Below, piece after piece: positions 1 to 12,874 of a stretch of 64,000 bases of DNA. The translations under genes were made by a program, and so were the position numbers. Under the pieces are notes generated by a model, which saw only the letters and a program-made list of their open reading frames with translations, was not told the DNA's origin and ran no database searches. The stretch is from Podarcis bocagei (taxonomy: Eukaryota): the NCBI GenBank assembly GCA_964188305.1, contig OZ076894.1. One strand, written 5' to 3'. The number at the start of each line of letters is the position of its first letter. Positions within the stretch are counted from its first letter, which is position 1.

Positions 1-290
1 GGTTGTTGACAGCTTTAAGCTTTTGCACAGTCAGCATGACAGGGGGGAATGGCATAGACATGAGCAAAAGTCAAATGGTCTCCCAGGAGCTCCAACCCAT
101 TAAAGCAATTGCTGGGAGAGAAAATGAATGCTCAAAACATCTGCAGCTTTCCTTAGCTTCAGTTTACAGTCTGGTCTAAAAGTTTTGTTTTGAACCCTTA
201 TGCTTTATTAAGTGTCCCTAACCCATGTTGGGAACTAGGTTTGAATGTGCTAAGAAAATGTTTCCTGTTGCTCCAATTGAAACTAAATTC

Positions 291-336
291 TGTGCTCAGA
301 TCTGTACAACTTGTGCTCAGATCTGTACAAGTTGTG
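291..336. repeat. Tandem duplication of a 21-bp unit (tgtgctcagatctgtacaact)
   Basis: Two adjacent copies with 1 mismatch, plus a partial third. Confidence 0.9.
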
Positions 337-422
337 TCCCATAAAGTCTTGCACAGCAGTGCAGGAGCTCAGTGAACCTTCTATTTTTGCTGTCTGCCTG
401 CAACTTAAAAAATATGGTGGGA

Positions 423-648
423 CAGTGGTACCTCGGGTTACAGACGCTTCAGGTTACAGACTCCGCTAACCCAGAAATAGTACCTTAGGTTAAGAACTTT
501 GCTTCAGGATGTGAACAGAAATCGTGCTCCAGCGGCGCAGCAGCAGCAGGAGGCCCCATTAGCTAAAGTGGTACCTCAGGTTAAGAACAGTTTCAGGTTA
601 AGAACGGACCTCCAGAACGAATTAAGTTCTTAACCAGAGGTACCACTG
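423..648. mobile_element. Tc1/mariner (Tigger/pogo-like) MITE
   Basis: TIRs CAGTGGTACCTC...GAGGTACCACTG, TA at right end; near-identical copy at 47967-48195. Confidence 0.88.
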
Positions 649-672
649 TACATTTGCCACAATGTACAGCTA

Positions 673-987
673 CAGTGGTGCCCCGCAAGACGAATGCCTC
701 GCAAGATGGAAAACTCGCTAGACGAAAGAGTTTTCCGTTTTGGAGGTGCTTCGCAAAACGAATTTCCTATGGGCTTGCTTCGCAAGACGACAATGTCTTG
801 CGAGTTCCTGCTGGTTTTTTTCCTCCCCCCCTTTTTCTAAGCCGCTAAGCCGCTTATCAGCTGATCCGATCAGCAGATAAGACGCTAATAGCGCTAATCC
901 GTCAACGGGCTTGCTTCGCAAGACGAAAAAACCGCTAGACGAAGAGAATCACAGAATGGATTCTTTTCGTCTTGCGAGGCACCACTG
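673..987. mobile_element. Tc1/mariner (Tigger-like) MITE, second family
   Basis: TIRs CAGTGGTGCCCCGCAAGACGAA / TTCGTCTTGCGAGGCACCACTG, TA on both sides. Confidence 0.88.
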
Positions 988-3527
988 TAGTAGGCTGTTT
1001 TCAGTGTGGGTTACAAGGGATCTGACTTGCATAATCATCAATTCTTCAATGACAAATCTGATGTGTGTTTCCCAGAATATGGAAAGGGGCACAATATAGC
1101 CATTGGTATGAGAATTACGGACATAGGGGGGAAGGAAATAGCCTCTGTGGCATTCTCAGAGGGAAAGGGAGATGCGCAGGGTGAGACACAGAAGGTTAGC
1201 GTCCCAAGGCCAGTGTTACCATGATGTAGACATTTCTGTAGATCTGGGAAATGCCATTCTTCTTGAAAATTAGCTGAAATATTAGCCTATGTGCAGAGTG
1301 CAGGATTCACTTGTCTGCAAGCAGCAAATCATAATAAAATATTATTGTGTTAAGTGTGGAACAGTGTTCTAGGTCACATTCCAGGCGTGGTCAAGATAAT
1401 CTATTGCTAAATGTTTTGTATGTAAGTTTCTGTATCTAATCTTGGCATAAAATGTGGCAGAACAGCCTCAGAAATATGGAGGATGCTGCACAATTCTGTG
1501 ACCCCTTTCCCAATTGCTTCCATTTGCCTTTATTTCTGCTGGTAACTTCTTTCACTCTTCAAATATGAGTCTACTCTGTACCATGTTGCTACAATCCATG
1601 GATAGTAAATTCTGAATAGGGATGTTGAGTACTGTGTGGAATAATAAATGGCATCTAAAGAAATTGCACCAAATATATTGTACATGTACTTCGTTATAAT
1701 ATGATACTGTTCAAGTGGTTTCTGTGAACTATCTCTTTTTCAGCACTGTTTGAATGAGCTGCTATGTTAGAAAGTAAGTGATAACCTCTTGAGCCATTTT
1801 TATTATTGACCAATATTATTTCTGATTGTTTATTTCATCTACATAGGAGCAAACTGATCTATACAATCTTCAAATGGTTAAATGAGCATACACCTTACCT
1901 TTGATGAAAGCGAATTGTGCAGCATGCCAGCTTGACAACATAATGAACAGGTAAGAAACCTGTTTGCATTATATATTTAGAATATTGTCATTGTTAGCAG
2001 ACATCACTTGTGAATAATTCATCACCAATGATGAAACATATTTTGGAAGGTATTCCTGAGCAGCTACTTGTTTACTTAAAAGTAGCCTCTGCGTGGCCTT
2101 TTCTCCTAGGTTGCAACTTTTCTAAATGGGCAAAGAATGCATCTATTTAACAACTCTGTAATAGGTAGAAACCACCAGATGACTTCTCTGCATCATGGTG
2201 ATATAGTGATGGGAAGAGGTTTACCTGTTGAGACCCACCTGTCATACAGCTGTTAAAGGCATGGAAAAGCCCGTGTCAGTTAAAAAGATAAGGGCTGGTG
2301 CCAGTAGTTTTAAATTCATTGAACAAAACATCACAGCTTCCCTCAAGATTGTGGGGGCATCCTGTTCACTGAGCACACAAAGTGCGGTCCTTCATCCACA
2401 TACCTCATTTACTGCTTTTGTAATTGTTATGTGAATAATATTTGTGTCATAATATTACAGGTTACTCCCCTGCATACCTGCAGTTTGGTGTGTTTTTTAT
2501 AAAAAGAATATTTGGAATGGATTATTGTGCAAAGAATTAGAGAAGAGGAGTAGGGTTTATGCCCATAGCAATGTCTCACTAACCTATGAACCTGTATTTT
2601 TTAAAAAAATTAAAGAAATAGGAACATACATTTATTTGCTTCAAAAATACTCTGCCCTAACAAGGTCCGCAAAGTGGTTTACATAAAAGAAGAAAATAAA
2701 GCCAAACAAAAAACTAAAACTAAAACATTAGAACCAAAATGGAACAGTTAAAATAACCTTCAGTCATATATTTAAAGGCACATGGACTGCTTTCACTGCC
2801 TGTCTAAATGCCATCAAGGATGAGCCTCATAATGGCTCTCAGACTTTTGCTTTCAAAAATGAATTTACAGGATTTTTGCACAGAGGATAAATATTGGCTG
2901 AGGCATATGTGGAATGATCTTACCAGACATGACATGTGTAACTAGTGTGTATATTTTAGGCCTGCTTGATTTTTATACTATATATACACAATTGACCTCA
3001 GTACTAAACATAGATAGATCAAATTCTGTAACCTGACTTTAAATAATGAATTCATGTTTCCTATAAAAGTGATCTTACTATACCTGACCCCTGTAGGTCT
3101 TATTGGGAGATGATAAAAAAAGGAGACGAGTCTGTCATGAGTTTCAGCAGTTTTATCTCCATGTACAGTTTCCCTATTCTGATTCTGCTTGATGTGGAAG
3201 CTGAATAACGAAATGTAATTAAACTAATCCACATAACAGAGCAGTGTCTCCTTAGCTTTGAATAAAGAGGTTGTAAAAAGGCAGCTTTAGCCTCAAGTGT
3301 TCCTGCTCTTGCCTGTAGACCATGGGCGTTTTTCAGACTTTGCCCTCCCCGCCAATCTGTGTAGGACAGAAGAACAACTGTTACACATGAAGCTTTTCCA
3401 TCTGAATGAAAAGGTCTCTCTGCCACTGATGTTCGTTTTGTATTGTTTTAAAATTTATCTTCAGTTATTTTTGGAATTGTTTTAAAAATTATTTGCAGCT
3501 GTTTTTATTTTATGTCATGCTTTAGAT

Positions 3528-3664
3528 CAGGGCTGAGAACCCTTTCACCCTCTAGATGCTACCTGACTACAACTCCCATCTTGCCTAGCCATTGGCTATT
3601 CTGGCTGGGCTGATGGAAATTGGAATTCAACAACATCTGGAAGGCCAAAGTTTTCCCAGCCCTG
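3528..3664. mobile_element. hAT-type palindromic MITE
   Basis: CAGGGCTG...CAGCCCTG ends; perfect 8-bp TSD ctttagat (3520-3527, 3665-3672). Confidence 0.85.
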
Positions 3665-3741
3665 CTTTAGATGTAGGTCCTTTCATGGGATGTGAAGATC
3701 TAGAGAGAAGTAAAATAAGTCCAAAAGGCATGTATGAAACC

Positions 3742-3743
<2 letters not shown>

Positions 3744-3789
<46 letters not shown>
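3744..3789. repeat. (GA)23 microsatellite
   Basis: Direct reading. Confidence 0.98.
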
Positions 3790-3794
<5 letters not shown>

Positions 3795-4542
3795 TACACT
3801 CCCCCCTCCCATCCCCGGGAAAGCAATGCACAATGTGGAACATTCAAGGACTATTTGTGTTAAACTGTATTGATTGCTTTGTGAGTAAAAATACAGTTGA
3901 CGCCAGCACCCCCCTCCTTTCCTCAGCCGCACTGGATCACTCCTCCTTGGAGTGTTCCCATGACAGTCATGGTTTGTGTTTTTATTAGTTCGATTTACTC
4001 AATAAATAAATGGAAAAAATAAAACAACATGATTATCAGGGAGTGAATAGCTACAACATTTGCAGACTCCAGCAATAAGCAACCTTTAGCTTAAGTGACC
4101 ACTTAAATGTAACACTGATGATATTTCCAGGACAATTTTGCCTGACCTTTGCTTAGACCTTTCTCTGCTGTAAACATTGGGTCACCAAAAAATTGCTTGT
4201 CCTTGTTCTGCTGTATATAAGCTGCCCTAGAATACTCGGCTCCTTATAGGGATGTTGATACACTTAGCAATCTTTGCTTTATGTTTATATAGTAAAACCT
4301 ATTTGAAGAGCCATAGTGTGACCTGCTGCTCTCCCATGGATGGTTAACTCAATAATCTAGGTGTCTGCAATTTCACACTTAATTTTAGTTTTGACATGTG
4401 GCATATAACTCAGCACTCTTGGAGCAGAGGCCCTTCAAAACCCAGGTTTGGCTCAATTTGTTAGCTATGAAAGAGTGATCCGGAAATGGAGTTTGTCTTG
4501 TCTGCTCACAAACAACAATACTTTCCTAAGGTATTGCACATA

Positions 4543-4735
4543 CAGTGATACCTTGGTTTGCAACCGTTTTGGCTTACAACCACGGCAAACCCTGAAGTGT
4601 GTGTCCCTTTTTTTGGATTACAACCAATTTTTTGGGGGAGGCCCCATCGGCAAAAGCACACCTTGGGTTACAACCTGTTTTGGTTTACAACCAGACCTCC
4701 GGAATGGATTATGGTTGTAAACCAAAGTATCACTG
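4543..4735. mobile_element. Tc1/mariner (Tigger-like) MITE
   Basis: TIRs CAGTGATACCTTGGTTTGCAACC / GGTTGTAAACCAAAGTATCACTG; TA TSD. Confidence 0.85.
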
Positions 4736-4794
4736 TAGTACATAGTCCAGAACCACTCTTGTTGTGAGGATTCTTGTAAAATCCAGAAACTGCA

Positions 4795-4952
4795 GCACCA
4801 TGTCTATGCAGAAGGTCTCAGGTTCAATCCCTGGCTTTTCTGGGTAAACCCTGCCTGAAATCTTAGGGTGCTGCTGGCCAGTCAGTGTAGCGTAAATACT
4901 ACGTTTGAGAGACCAATGGCCAGACTTGGTGTGAGGCAGCTTCCTATGTTCC
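4795..4952 (+). mobile_element. Degenerate tRNA-derived squamate SINE (Squam3-like)
   Basis: GCAGAAGGTCTCAGGTTCAATCCCTGGC B-box region and GGCAGCTTCCTATGTTC tail; related copies at 24031, 33716 and 59597. Confidence 0.7.
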
Positions 4953-6219
4953 ATGTGTGAGATGGGCTTCTACTTGACTCTAGTTCTCATCTTTGGATCA
5001 TGCAGTTCTAAACTCCTACTCTGTGGCTCTAAGATAAGGTACTAGATCCACGTGTAAGATGAAAAGTAGGAAAGTGGAATGGAGAAGCTTCCAATTGGAG
5101 GGACATCCAGCAGTTGGTTAGTTGCCCTGTCCTCCTGCAAAGGAGGAATAAACAAACCTGTATCCTAACTGGTACTACAGCTGTGACTATGGGGACCAGC
5201 CAGTCAGATTGTTTGGCAATGAACAGGAGTAGAGTGTGCTACTGGGATTGCCTCAGTGTACCACTAATATCCATATCCAAACTGCAGCTTGGATGGTGTA
5301 CCTTTTTGGAATTTGCATGTGCTGAAGCCCCTGGGGTCTGAGGGCTGCCTGAGTTCACCAAGTCTTTGAAATATATCTCCTAACAATGTTCCCCAAGACA
5401 GTGCTTATGCAGTCTCCCCATTCTTCAGTTCTGCAAATCCGTCAGTGGCCAGGGGAGGGAGCACTAAGTGTCTGCTGGTTCAGGGTAGCAGAGTGGTGGA
5501 CAGACCATGCACTCTACTGCAGATAAAGCTCTGTGCTTGCATCACTAATTTGACAGAGTACCTTTTGGTGCAGGCCTCCCTCAGGTCAAAGCCCTCTTGC
5601 CTCTGTTCTAGATGGGGCCAAAGAGCCTATTAAAACTCAATGAAATAACTAATAAAAGGACAGAGCCAGGGTGACTAATTGGATTTACTGCACTTAGTTC
5701 AATTGCATTTTGTGTTTTAAATCCGAAGCTATTAAAAAATCCCTTAAACTTTCATCATTCTGCCTATCAGCTTGCTGGAAAAAGAAAAAGAAATCCTTCC
5801 TTTGAGTTTTCTGCACGCTCCTAATCAGAATGTGCCATGTGAGATGCACCCAGTTGCGTTTGAGCAGCATGCTAAAGCTGCACTTTAATCAGTGGTTGAT
5901 GCTGTTTTCCCCTTTGAAGATCAGCTTTTTCTCCCACTCTGGAGGAGTCAACACAAATCAGAAACTTCACACACGATTCCACTGAGTGGCAGGAATCAAA
6001 CAACCAGAGCCTGGAAAGGAGACTTAAGAGGCAGGCCTCAGTCCGAATGCCATTTGCCAAAAAGGGCGTGTGCGGAATACTCAAGTTTCAGATGCTCTTG
6101 CTTCGGGATGCAAAATGTTGTTTTCAAGTGTCGCAGAGCTGTGATGATGGCCTATTTGTTTAACAATTTTTGTGCCACTTCATCACAGCTGCCTCTAAGC
6201 AGTGCACTGGGGACCCCAA

Positions 6220-7255
6220 TACAATAAGACTAAAAACAAGTTAAACATATAAAATCAGAATTCAGATTAAAAAGTATGCTGAAATAAAAAGTCTTCAGGG
6301 ACTTCAAGATAGAGGGAGCCTCTCTGACCTCAACTGGATGGAAGTTCCACAGAATTGGACCCACAAAACTGAACACACTGCTCCTTGTGGATACGATTCA
6401 TGGATATGAAACAGGAGGGAAGCACTAACAGTGACTTCTCTCAAGACCTCAGTAATTGGGCATTAAGAGATCAGGCAGTCCCTGAGGTTTCCTGGACCCA
6501 AGGTCTTAAGGGCTTTGTAACATAATACAAGAACTTTAAACCTGGCTCAGCAGTATATGGGCAGCCAGTGCAAGCTTTTGGCCGCTGGAGTGATGGTCTG
6601 TCTCCATCAACATTCTAGCTGTGGTGTTTTGCACCAGCTGGAGCCTTGGACCAGGCTCAGGGGTAGCCCTGCATAGGTCATGTTGCAATAATTGAGCCTT
6701 GAGGTTACCAATCCATGAATCCCTGTGGCCAGACTATCCCTATACAAGAATGGCCATAACTGGAGTACAAGTCATAGCTAATGGAGGCTTCGAAGGACAA
6801 AGATGGACCCTCTTATTTCAGAAGGAGCCCAATCCAGAACAGGCAAATGGATAATTTCCTGGACGTGGGGCCCACCAGCCCACAGTGCCTCCATCTTCCC
6901 AAGGTTTATTGGCTCTCATCCTCTGCACCTCATCTCTGCACCCAGACATCAGTCCAGACCATGCACACCCTCTCCTAACACTGATGTTATGGAGAAACAG
7001 AGCTGTATCGTCAGTGTATTTTTGACACTTTGCCCCAGTACTCTGAATGACCACATCCAATGGCTTCATATAGAAAGCGACAAGGTTTTACCCTGTGGTG
7101 CACCACAGCGCAAAGACTACGGGGCTGAAACAGTCTCCCAATGTTGTCCTTTGGACACAACTTTGTAGGCAGGGGCAGAACCATGGTAGAATATTGTTCC
7201 TGTCCCACAGAGCAGTTCATGAGGCTACTATGATCAATAGTATCAAGAGCCACTG
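6220..7255 (-). mobile_element. Decayed L2-type LINE fragment (reverse-transcriptase region to 3' end)
   Basis: Minus-strand ORF remnants LDTIDH and MKPLDVVIQSTGAKCQKYTDDTALFL match the L2 RT motifs FDTIDH and YMKPL...YADDTQLY; frameshifted. Confidence 0.8.
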
Positions 7256-7525
7256 AATTATGGTGAAATCATGGTTGCAGAATGCCTTCTGGACCTTAAA
7301 GTTCTGAGAGTCAAGAAAACAAATCTCTGGCTGGGTTTCCTGCACCTTTAAGGGGAGAAAAACTTACCAGGCCTGCATTTCCTACTTTTGCCTGATCACT
7401 TGCCTTCCTGTCCTGTGTTTGATGTGGCATGAAATCAGCCTGTCCGCTGCCAGAAGTCCAAGCTTCATTAGAAAGTGGTGTTGCTAGACGAGAAAAGCTG
7501 GGAGTGAGACAGCAGTGGACAATTT

Positions 7526-7871
7526 CAGACCCTTTAAGTGTCCCTATTTTCCAGGGATGTCCTTGATTTAGAGAAGCCGTCCCGGTTTCTGATTTGATCT
7601 CAGAATGTCCTGCTTTTCCTTAGGACATCCCTATTTTCATTGGGGAAATGTTGGAGGGTATGGAGTTATCCAACCCCTGAGCCATCTGAAGGCAATCCTG
7701 TATAGGGAAGTTAAAAAAAAAAAGTTTCATGTTTTATTATCTTTTTATATATGTTGGAAGCTGCCCAGAGTAGCTGGGGCAACCCAGTAAGATGTGTGGG
7801 GTATAAATAGTAAAATTATTATTATGGAATGGGACGTCCCTGTTTTAATTGGAGAAATGTTGGAGGGCATG
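7526..7871. mobile_element. Unclassified non-autonomous repeat with internally duplicated terminus
   Basis: About 39-bp block GACATCCCTATTTTCATTGGGGAAATGTTGGAGGGTATG at ~7624 recurs at ~7833; short inverted ends CAGACCCT / AGGGCATG. Confidence 0.55.
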
Positions 7872-8951
7872 TAATTTTGATCATGTCATCCTCAAAGCAC
7901 TTGATTTTTTTTAGGCAAGGGAACCTGGGGCTTGTGAGGTGGATGCACTGGCTTATAAATTAAATTTTGCACTGTAGGAGCCCTGTCCTCTTTTGCATCT
8001 GGGCATCCTGACTAGGTGTGATCTCCAGTGATTTTAAAAAGTTTAAAAAACAGTTTTTTTGGGGGGCGGGGTTAGATTGAGGAGTTCGTGCTGGAAGGGA
8101 GCATACATGTATGGTTTCCCAATGGGGCAAAGAGCGGCTTGGGTGACATAATTTATTTCAGGAAAACAACAGGAGAGAAAGGGTTGTTCCCCACATGCCT
8201 CTTCCCTTTAGCTGCTTTTCACTTAAAAAACAAAAATCACCACACAGGAAATCCTGATTGCAGATCTCCCACATCACATCCAGTTGTGTCCTAAATCTCA
8301 TAGCCAAAGGTGAAAGATTCCCACTTCTTTGTTTTTACAGAAACAAAACAAAAATCTTCAAGAAGGATATACAGGAGTGAGCAAGAGAAAGAAATTTGAA
8401 ATGTTAGTTTGAACTCTAGTTTAGACACCAGGAAGCATTTCAGTGGAAAGGCTTCCACTCTATTGCTTACTCACGGTGCTATGACTGCTCATTCTGGTGG
8501 TTTCAGTGCACAGTTATGATTGTGTGTTACGTCTGGGTTGTGCACTTCAGGCTTGCTAGTCTGCCTTAACTGCAGCCTGTCAGCAAGGAATTTCCTTCTG
8601 TTGCTCAGCGGCTGTCACTGCTGGAGTGTTTACTTTAACCTATTTTGCTTGGTTTTGATGGTAAAAGAGCACAGGCTCCTGATAATCATTTTGAGCTCCT
8701 TCACTGTGAAAGCTAATTCAGACATCATGCCAGGTATCACAGGCAACACCTGTTTTACCTTGTGGTATGTTCTTCCTTCCTGATAATAGTCACACCTTTT
8801 CTTTTCTTTTTTACCTTATTGAGCATCTTTAGCTCTAGGTGGGACTTAGATAACTTGCAGGAGCACGTGAACTATTTCCTTCTAATTTAACAAGAAAGGG
8901 TCTTTTCCTTTCTGCGTAATACTTCCTAGGAATTAGAGTCAAGGGTTAAAT

Positions 8952-9198
8952 CAGATTTCAGCAACCCTTTTCAGCCGCCCCTCAGACCATGTGGTGGGCT
9001 GGACTATATATTTTTTTTGGGGGGGGGATGAACGAATTCATATGCCCCACAAATAACCCAGAGATGCATTTTAAATAAAAGGACACATTCTACTCATGTA
9101 AAAACATGCAGATTCCAGAACTGATTTCAGTTCGTTGGCTGGATTGAGAAGGCAATTGGGCCGCATCCGGCCCCCGGGCCTTAGGTTGCCTACCCCTG
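8952..9198 (-). mobile_element. hAT MITE (same family as 45938-46192, opposite orientation)
   Basis: Ends AGGTTGCCTACCCCTG; perfect 8-bp TSD ggttaaat (8944-8951, 9199-9206). Confidence 0.88.
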
Positions 9199-10066
9199 GG
9201 TTAAATGAAGGGCTGGGAAGTGCATCGGTCTGGGATAGGTCTGCAGCAGTAGAGAGTGAAGTCAGCAGGTTGTCAGGTCTCAGCCTGGGCAGATTACCTA
9301 CCTACTCCAAATGTGCCCAGAAAGGTGGCCTCTCTTTGAGTGTGCTTTGAAAGAGTTCAACCACTTTGTTTCCTCCTGGCAAAATCAGAATAATGTTTCC
9401 AGTCCTGAAAAGGATGCTGTTTTTCTTCAGGCAACTTTCTGGCTTGTCCTGAAAAAAAATCAAAACGATTGGTTACAGCAGTTCACTTCAAGAGCAGTAA
9501 GAAGTTCTAGAGAGGCAGCATTACCCATGCTGCATTTCTTTGGGTGGAAAGAACACTGGAGACTTAAAATACTGCTTTATTTACAAGCAACATTCACACT
9601 CCAGTGAGGCAGGAGATCTGCTGTGCCGTATCAAGTCAATAGAGAGAGAGAGAGACTCTTCCCTCCTTTGATAACGCCTTCCTTTCTGTGTCTGTTTCAG
9701 ATGTGTCTCAAATTGTTGTTTCTTCACACACATATGCCTCCTCTTAGCTGAGTAAAGGAGAACCCCCTTTCCTCAAGGTCTGATGGCTCTCATCTTTAAA
9801 ACAATCAAACAATGTCTTTAGACTCTCAAGAGGACTATTTCATAACCTACTGATTAACTACCAACCAGCTAACCAATCTGGGCAATTGCTAATCTGCCTA
9901 ACAAAGGAATGTCTGTCAGCTGTAACAAATGCTTAGTAGGGCCCCAGGTTGTGACCAATGGGTGGTATTTAACTAAGTCCTACTCAGAGTCCTATGTTAT
10001 TTATGTTGTTAAATTTATGTCACAGTTCATGCCGGGAACCCAAGGCAGTGTGTGTGGTGCATGTCT

Positions 10067-11429
10067 GATAATGTTCAAGCCACCCCCCACCCCTCTGAGG
10101 GATGACTTCCTTTTGCTCAGAGTCTCAAGTATTGGAAAAGAGCAGGCCTGCTATCCTCTTGAGCCTTCAGACCATACTCTGGGTTCAAGGTCAGTATATT
10201 TTTGGGTCTGCCAACTTTAGTGCGGACTCACAAGCTTTTCCTGTTGTTCAACAAAGGGATGAGGTTGCTTTGAAACAGATATCTGATTGAGGTTTTTGAG
10301 AATAAGCTTGGAGAAGTGTTGATTTAGGCTGCAATCCTCGATTCATGTAACTTAGTGGGAGTTTTTTTGCTGCATGGGTGTGTCTGTGATTAAATTAATT
10401 ATTAAAATTGGGTTTTATTTGTACCATGCTGGTCCCAGATTGTAGTATATGTTTGATTTATCTACCTGGTACAAATGTTTCCTGGAGAAGATACGCTAGA
10501 ACAGCCATGTAAGTCCAGACTTGCACATATTGATTAGTAATTATCCAGAGATGCATAATAAAGTCAAGTGGGACAACTTGAATTTAATTACGTGGCACCA
10601 AGCAGGTTTGCCTAAATGAGCAGTGCACAGTAGAGAGGGTGGCTTTTGATTGTTTAATAAAACAAATTAAGAAACCTCAGAGCAGCTTATTCTTTGTATT
10701 GCTGATTTTTTGTTTGTTTGGCTAACCGCAGGTAGGGGGCAGGTTTGTGTGTGTATGTGTGTGCTGTTTTGGTTTTGTATCAGGTAGCAGGTATTTTAAC
10801 ACTATCCCTGTTGCTAATTATTGCTTCAGTAAACAACAGCTGTTCAGATGCAGCTCAGCTTCTTTATCTGCTTTTAAAAAGATTTGACAGTGCTCAAACT
10901 GTAGACGGGTATTGCTGAAAGGGGAGAAAATGTTATAATCATTTCACTCCCCTACTGCTAGCGAGTTTTATGGGCCTTGTTATAGCAGGCATATTAATTG
11001 CTGGTGAGCTGACGTGAAGCAAATTAAACAGCTTTAGTGCTGTGCGTGTTTGCACACTTGGATGGAAGCAGCTTAACAGCCGTCTTCTAGAAAGGTTGGT
11101 ATGTTTAGACTTTAAATTGTTTCCCACATTAAGATGTTGAAATGCCATAAAAAAATAAAGCCACAACACAATAGTGGTAATATGCTGTTAGCGATAGTTC
11201 AAGGCAGCAGAAGTCAAAGGCAAAACGTTGGTTTCTGGAGTGTTGTCCTAGTTCCACGAAACTGTGAGTTGAATCACCCCAGCTGTTTAGTGTTCATTTG
11301 CCAGGGGTCATCCAAGTAGGCATAGCTATCAGATAATGTTCAAGCCACCCCCACCCACCTGAGGGGTGATTTTCCTTTGCTCAGAGTCTCCAGTATTGGA
11401 AGAGGCAAGGCAGGCAGAGCAGGCCTGCT
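10067..11429 (+). repeat. Local dispersed direct repeat of about 85-98 bp (copies 10067-10152 and 11332-11429)
   Basis: GATAATGTTCAAGCCACCCCC...CTGAGGG..GA.TT.CT.TTGCTCAGAGTCTC.AGTATTGGAA...GAGCAGGCCTGCT in both copies. Confidence 0.85.
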
Positions 11430-11975
11430 GCTTGTTGCTCACCTGGGTGAGTTTGGTGAGCTGACTTAGCAGCACCTTCCATTCCTCCCAGAGCTACACT
11501 TTCATCTGTTCTTTTCTGAGTTCCTCTGGCCTCTTCGCTGCCTGGTGGGCTGCGTGCAGAACAGCTGAATTGGAGCCGTGGCTGTAGTTCATGAAGCAGT
11601 CAGAGGTGTTGGCGCTGGGGCCTGCCACACTCAGCTGACCAGAAAACAATTCTTGGCAGCAAGCTCCATTTTGATCTGCCAGGCGAGAGGAACCTTGTTT
11701 GACAAAGCTTCTGCTTGAGGTGAAAAGAAATCTTAAGGGAGTGATTTTGTTGTTTTGTTGTTGTTGCAAGGCCCAGGCATCAGTGAGCTGAAGCATGAAG
11801 CAGCAGTAATAGCCTTTATTTGTGAAACTCTGTGGGCAGTGCTAAGCTGTTAAAATGCAGGATAATTAGAATTCTTCAAACAATAGCAAAAGAAATGCAG
11901 ACTCTGCTTAAATGGCACAAGGCATACTCTGCCCCCTTCCCCCAACCACTTTCGGAGTCTCGCCCAAACTTTTGT

Positions 11976-11994
11976 CCTCCACTAGGGGGTGCTA
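11976..11994 (+). promoter_or_regulatory. Candidate CTCF binding site
   Basis: CCTCCACTAGGGGGTGCTA against the consensus TGGCCACCAGGGGGCGCTA. Confidence 0.6.
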
Positions 11995-12874
11995 GTGTCA
12001 CATTTGTGGTAGAGCAAATGTGGAAGAACTGATGACTGGTTACCTATAAGGCCTTTTTATGGGTCTAAGCCCCATTTATGATTTGAGCAGGGGACATATT
12101 AACTGTGTAGCAATTTGCACGACCTACAGGGAGCACATGCAGCTTAACTGATGTTTAAAAGACAGGCTCCTTTTAAAGGTTTACCTGTCCCTCCTTAGTC
12201 AGGTTGTTGACATCCCAACAAATTATTCTGGTTGAAAATCCCAATCCTGTTTTCAGGAGTACTACAAGTGCTTAGTATTTTGATCAAAGCAAGTTGCACT
12301 GGTTGCTCTCTTGTAGAGATGTGAACTGCAGGCTGCTCCCCAACCAGTTCGAGACTTTTCCCATTCATGCTCTCTGTTTACAAGGGAGAGAGGTGGGAGA
12401 ATTGCCAAAAAGAATTTGCATTTTCAGGAAGCCTGCTGCTCCTGAAAGAGTCCTTCCTTTGAGCTGGAATTTTGGTTTTCAAGGACCCTTTAAAATCAAC
12501 CTCTCTGAAGTCCTGTAATCAAAATCCAGAGGAAATTGCTTTTTTATTTTTTTATAAAGCTCTCTACTTATAAAAGTGTATTTGTAATGGACTTACAAAT
12601 TCTTATATTACTTCTGGGCTCATAAACTGTGCTTAAATGACAGAAATGAAGAATAAATGGTCTTGGCTGAAGTGGGAGGTGGTGGAGCTGTTTTTGACTG
12701 CCAGCTTGTAATTTTATGTTACGGATCAGCCAGAAAAAGTACAGAATGTTGCTTCTGTATCTCTTAAAACAGATACACTAACTGGTACCCTAATAATAAA
12801 CAAACTTATTGGGAAGCAATAAATTCAGGGGAATTTACTTCCAAATATAAGGGTGTTTAGGATTGCAGCTTTTG

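Noticed and set aside
1730-1780. 30-nt segment bounded by a polypyrimidine-CAG and GTAAGT on the plus strand
   Set aside because: No partner exons or coding similarity; such pseudo-exons are common and cannot be supported without RNA data.
1917-1956. GTGCAGCATGCCAGCTTGACAACATAATGAACAG loosely resembles the DCTD motif VCHAELNAIMNK; DCTD is the usual downstream neighbour of TENM3
   Set aside because: Needs a frameshift, has no acceptor at the expected place, similarity stops after about 11 codons, and no other DCTD exon is visible. Treated as chance.
3592-3932. ORFs with RERERE or LSLSLS tracts
   Set aside because: Translation of the (GA)n microsatellite and the adjacent MITE.
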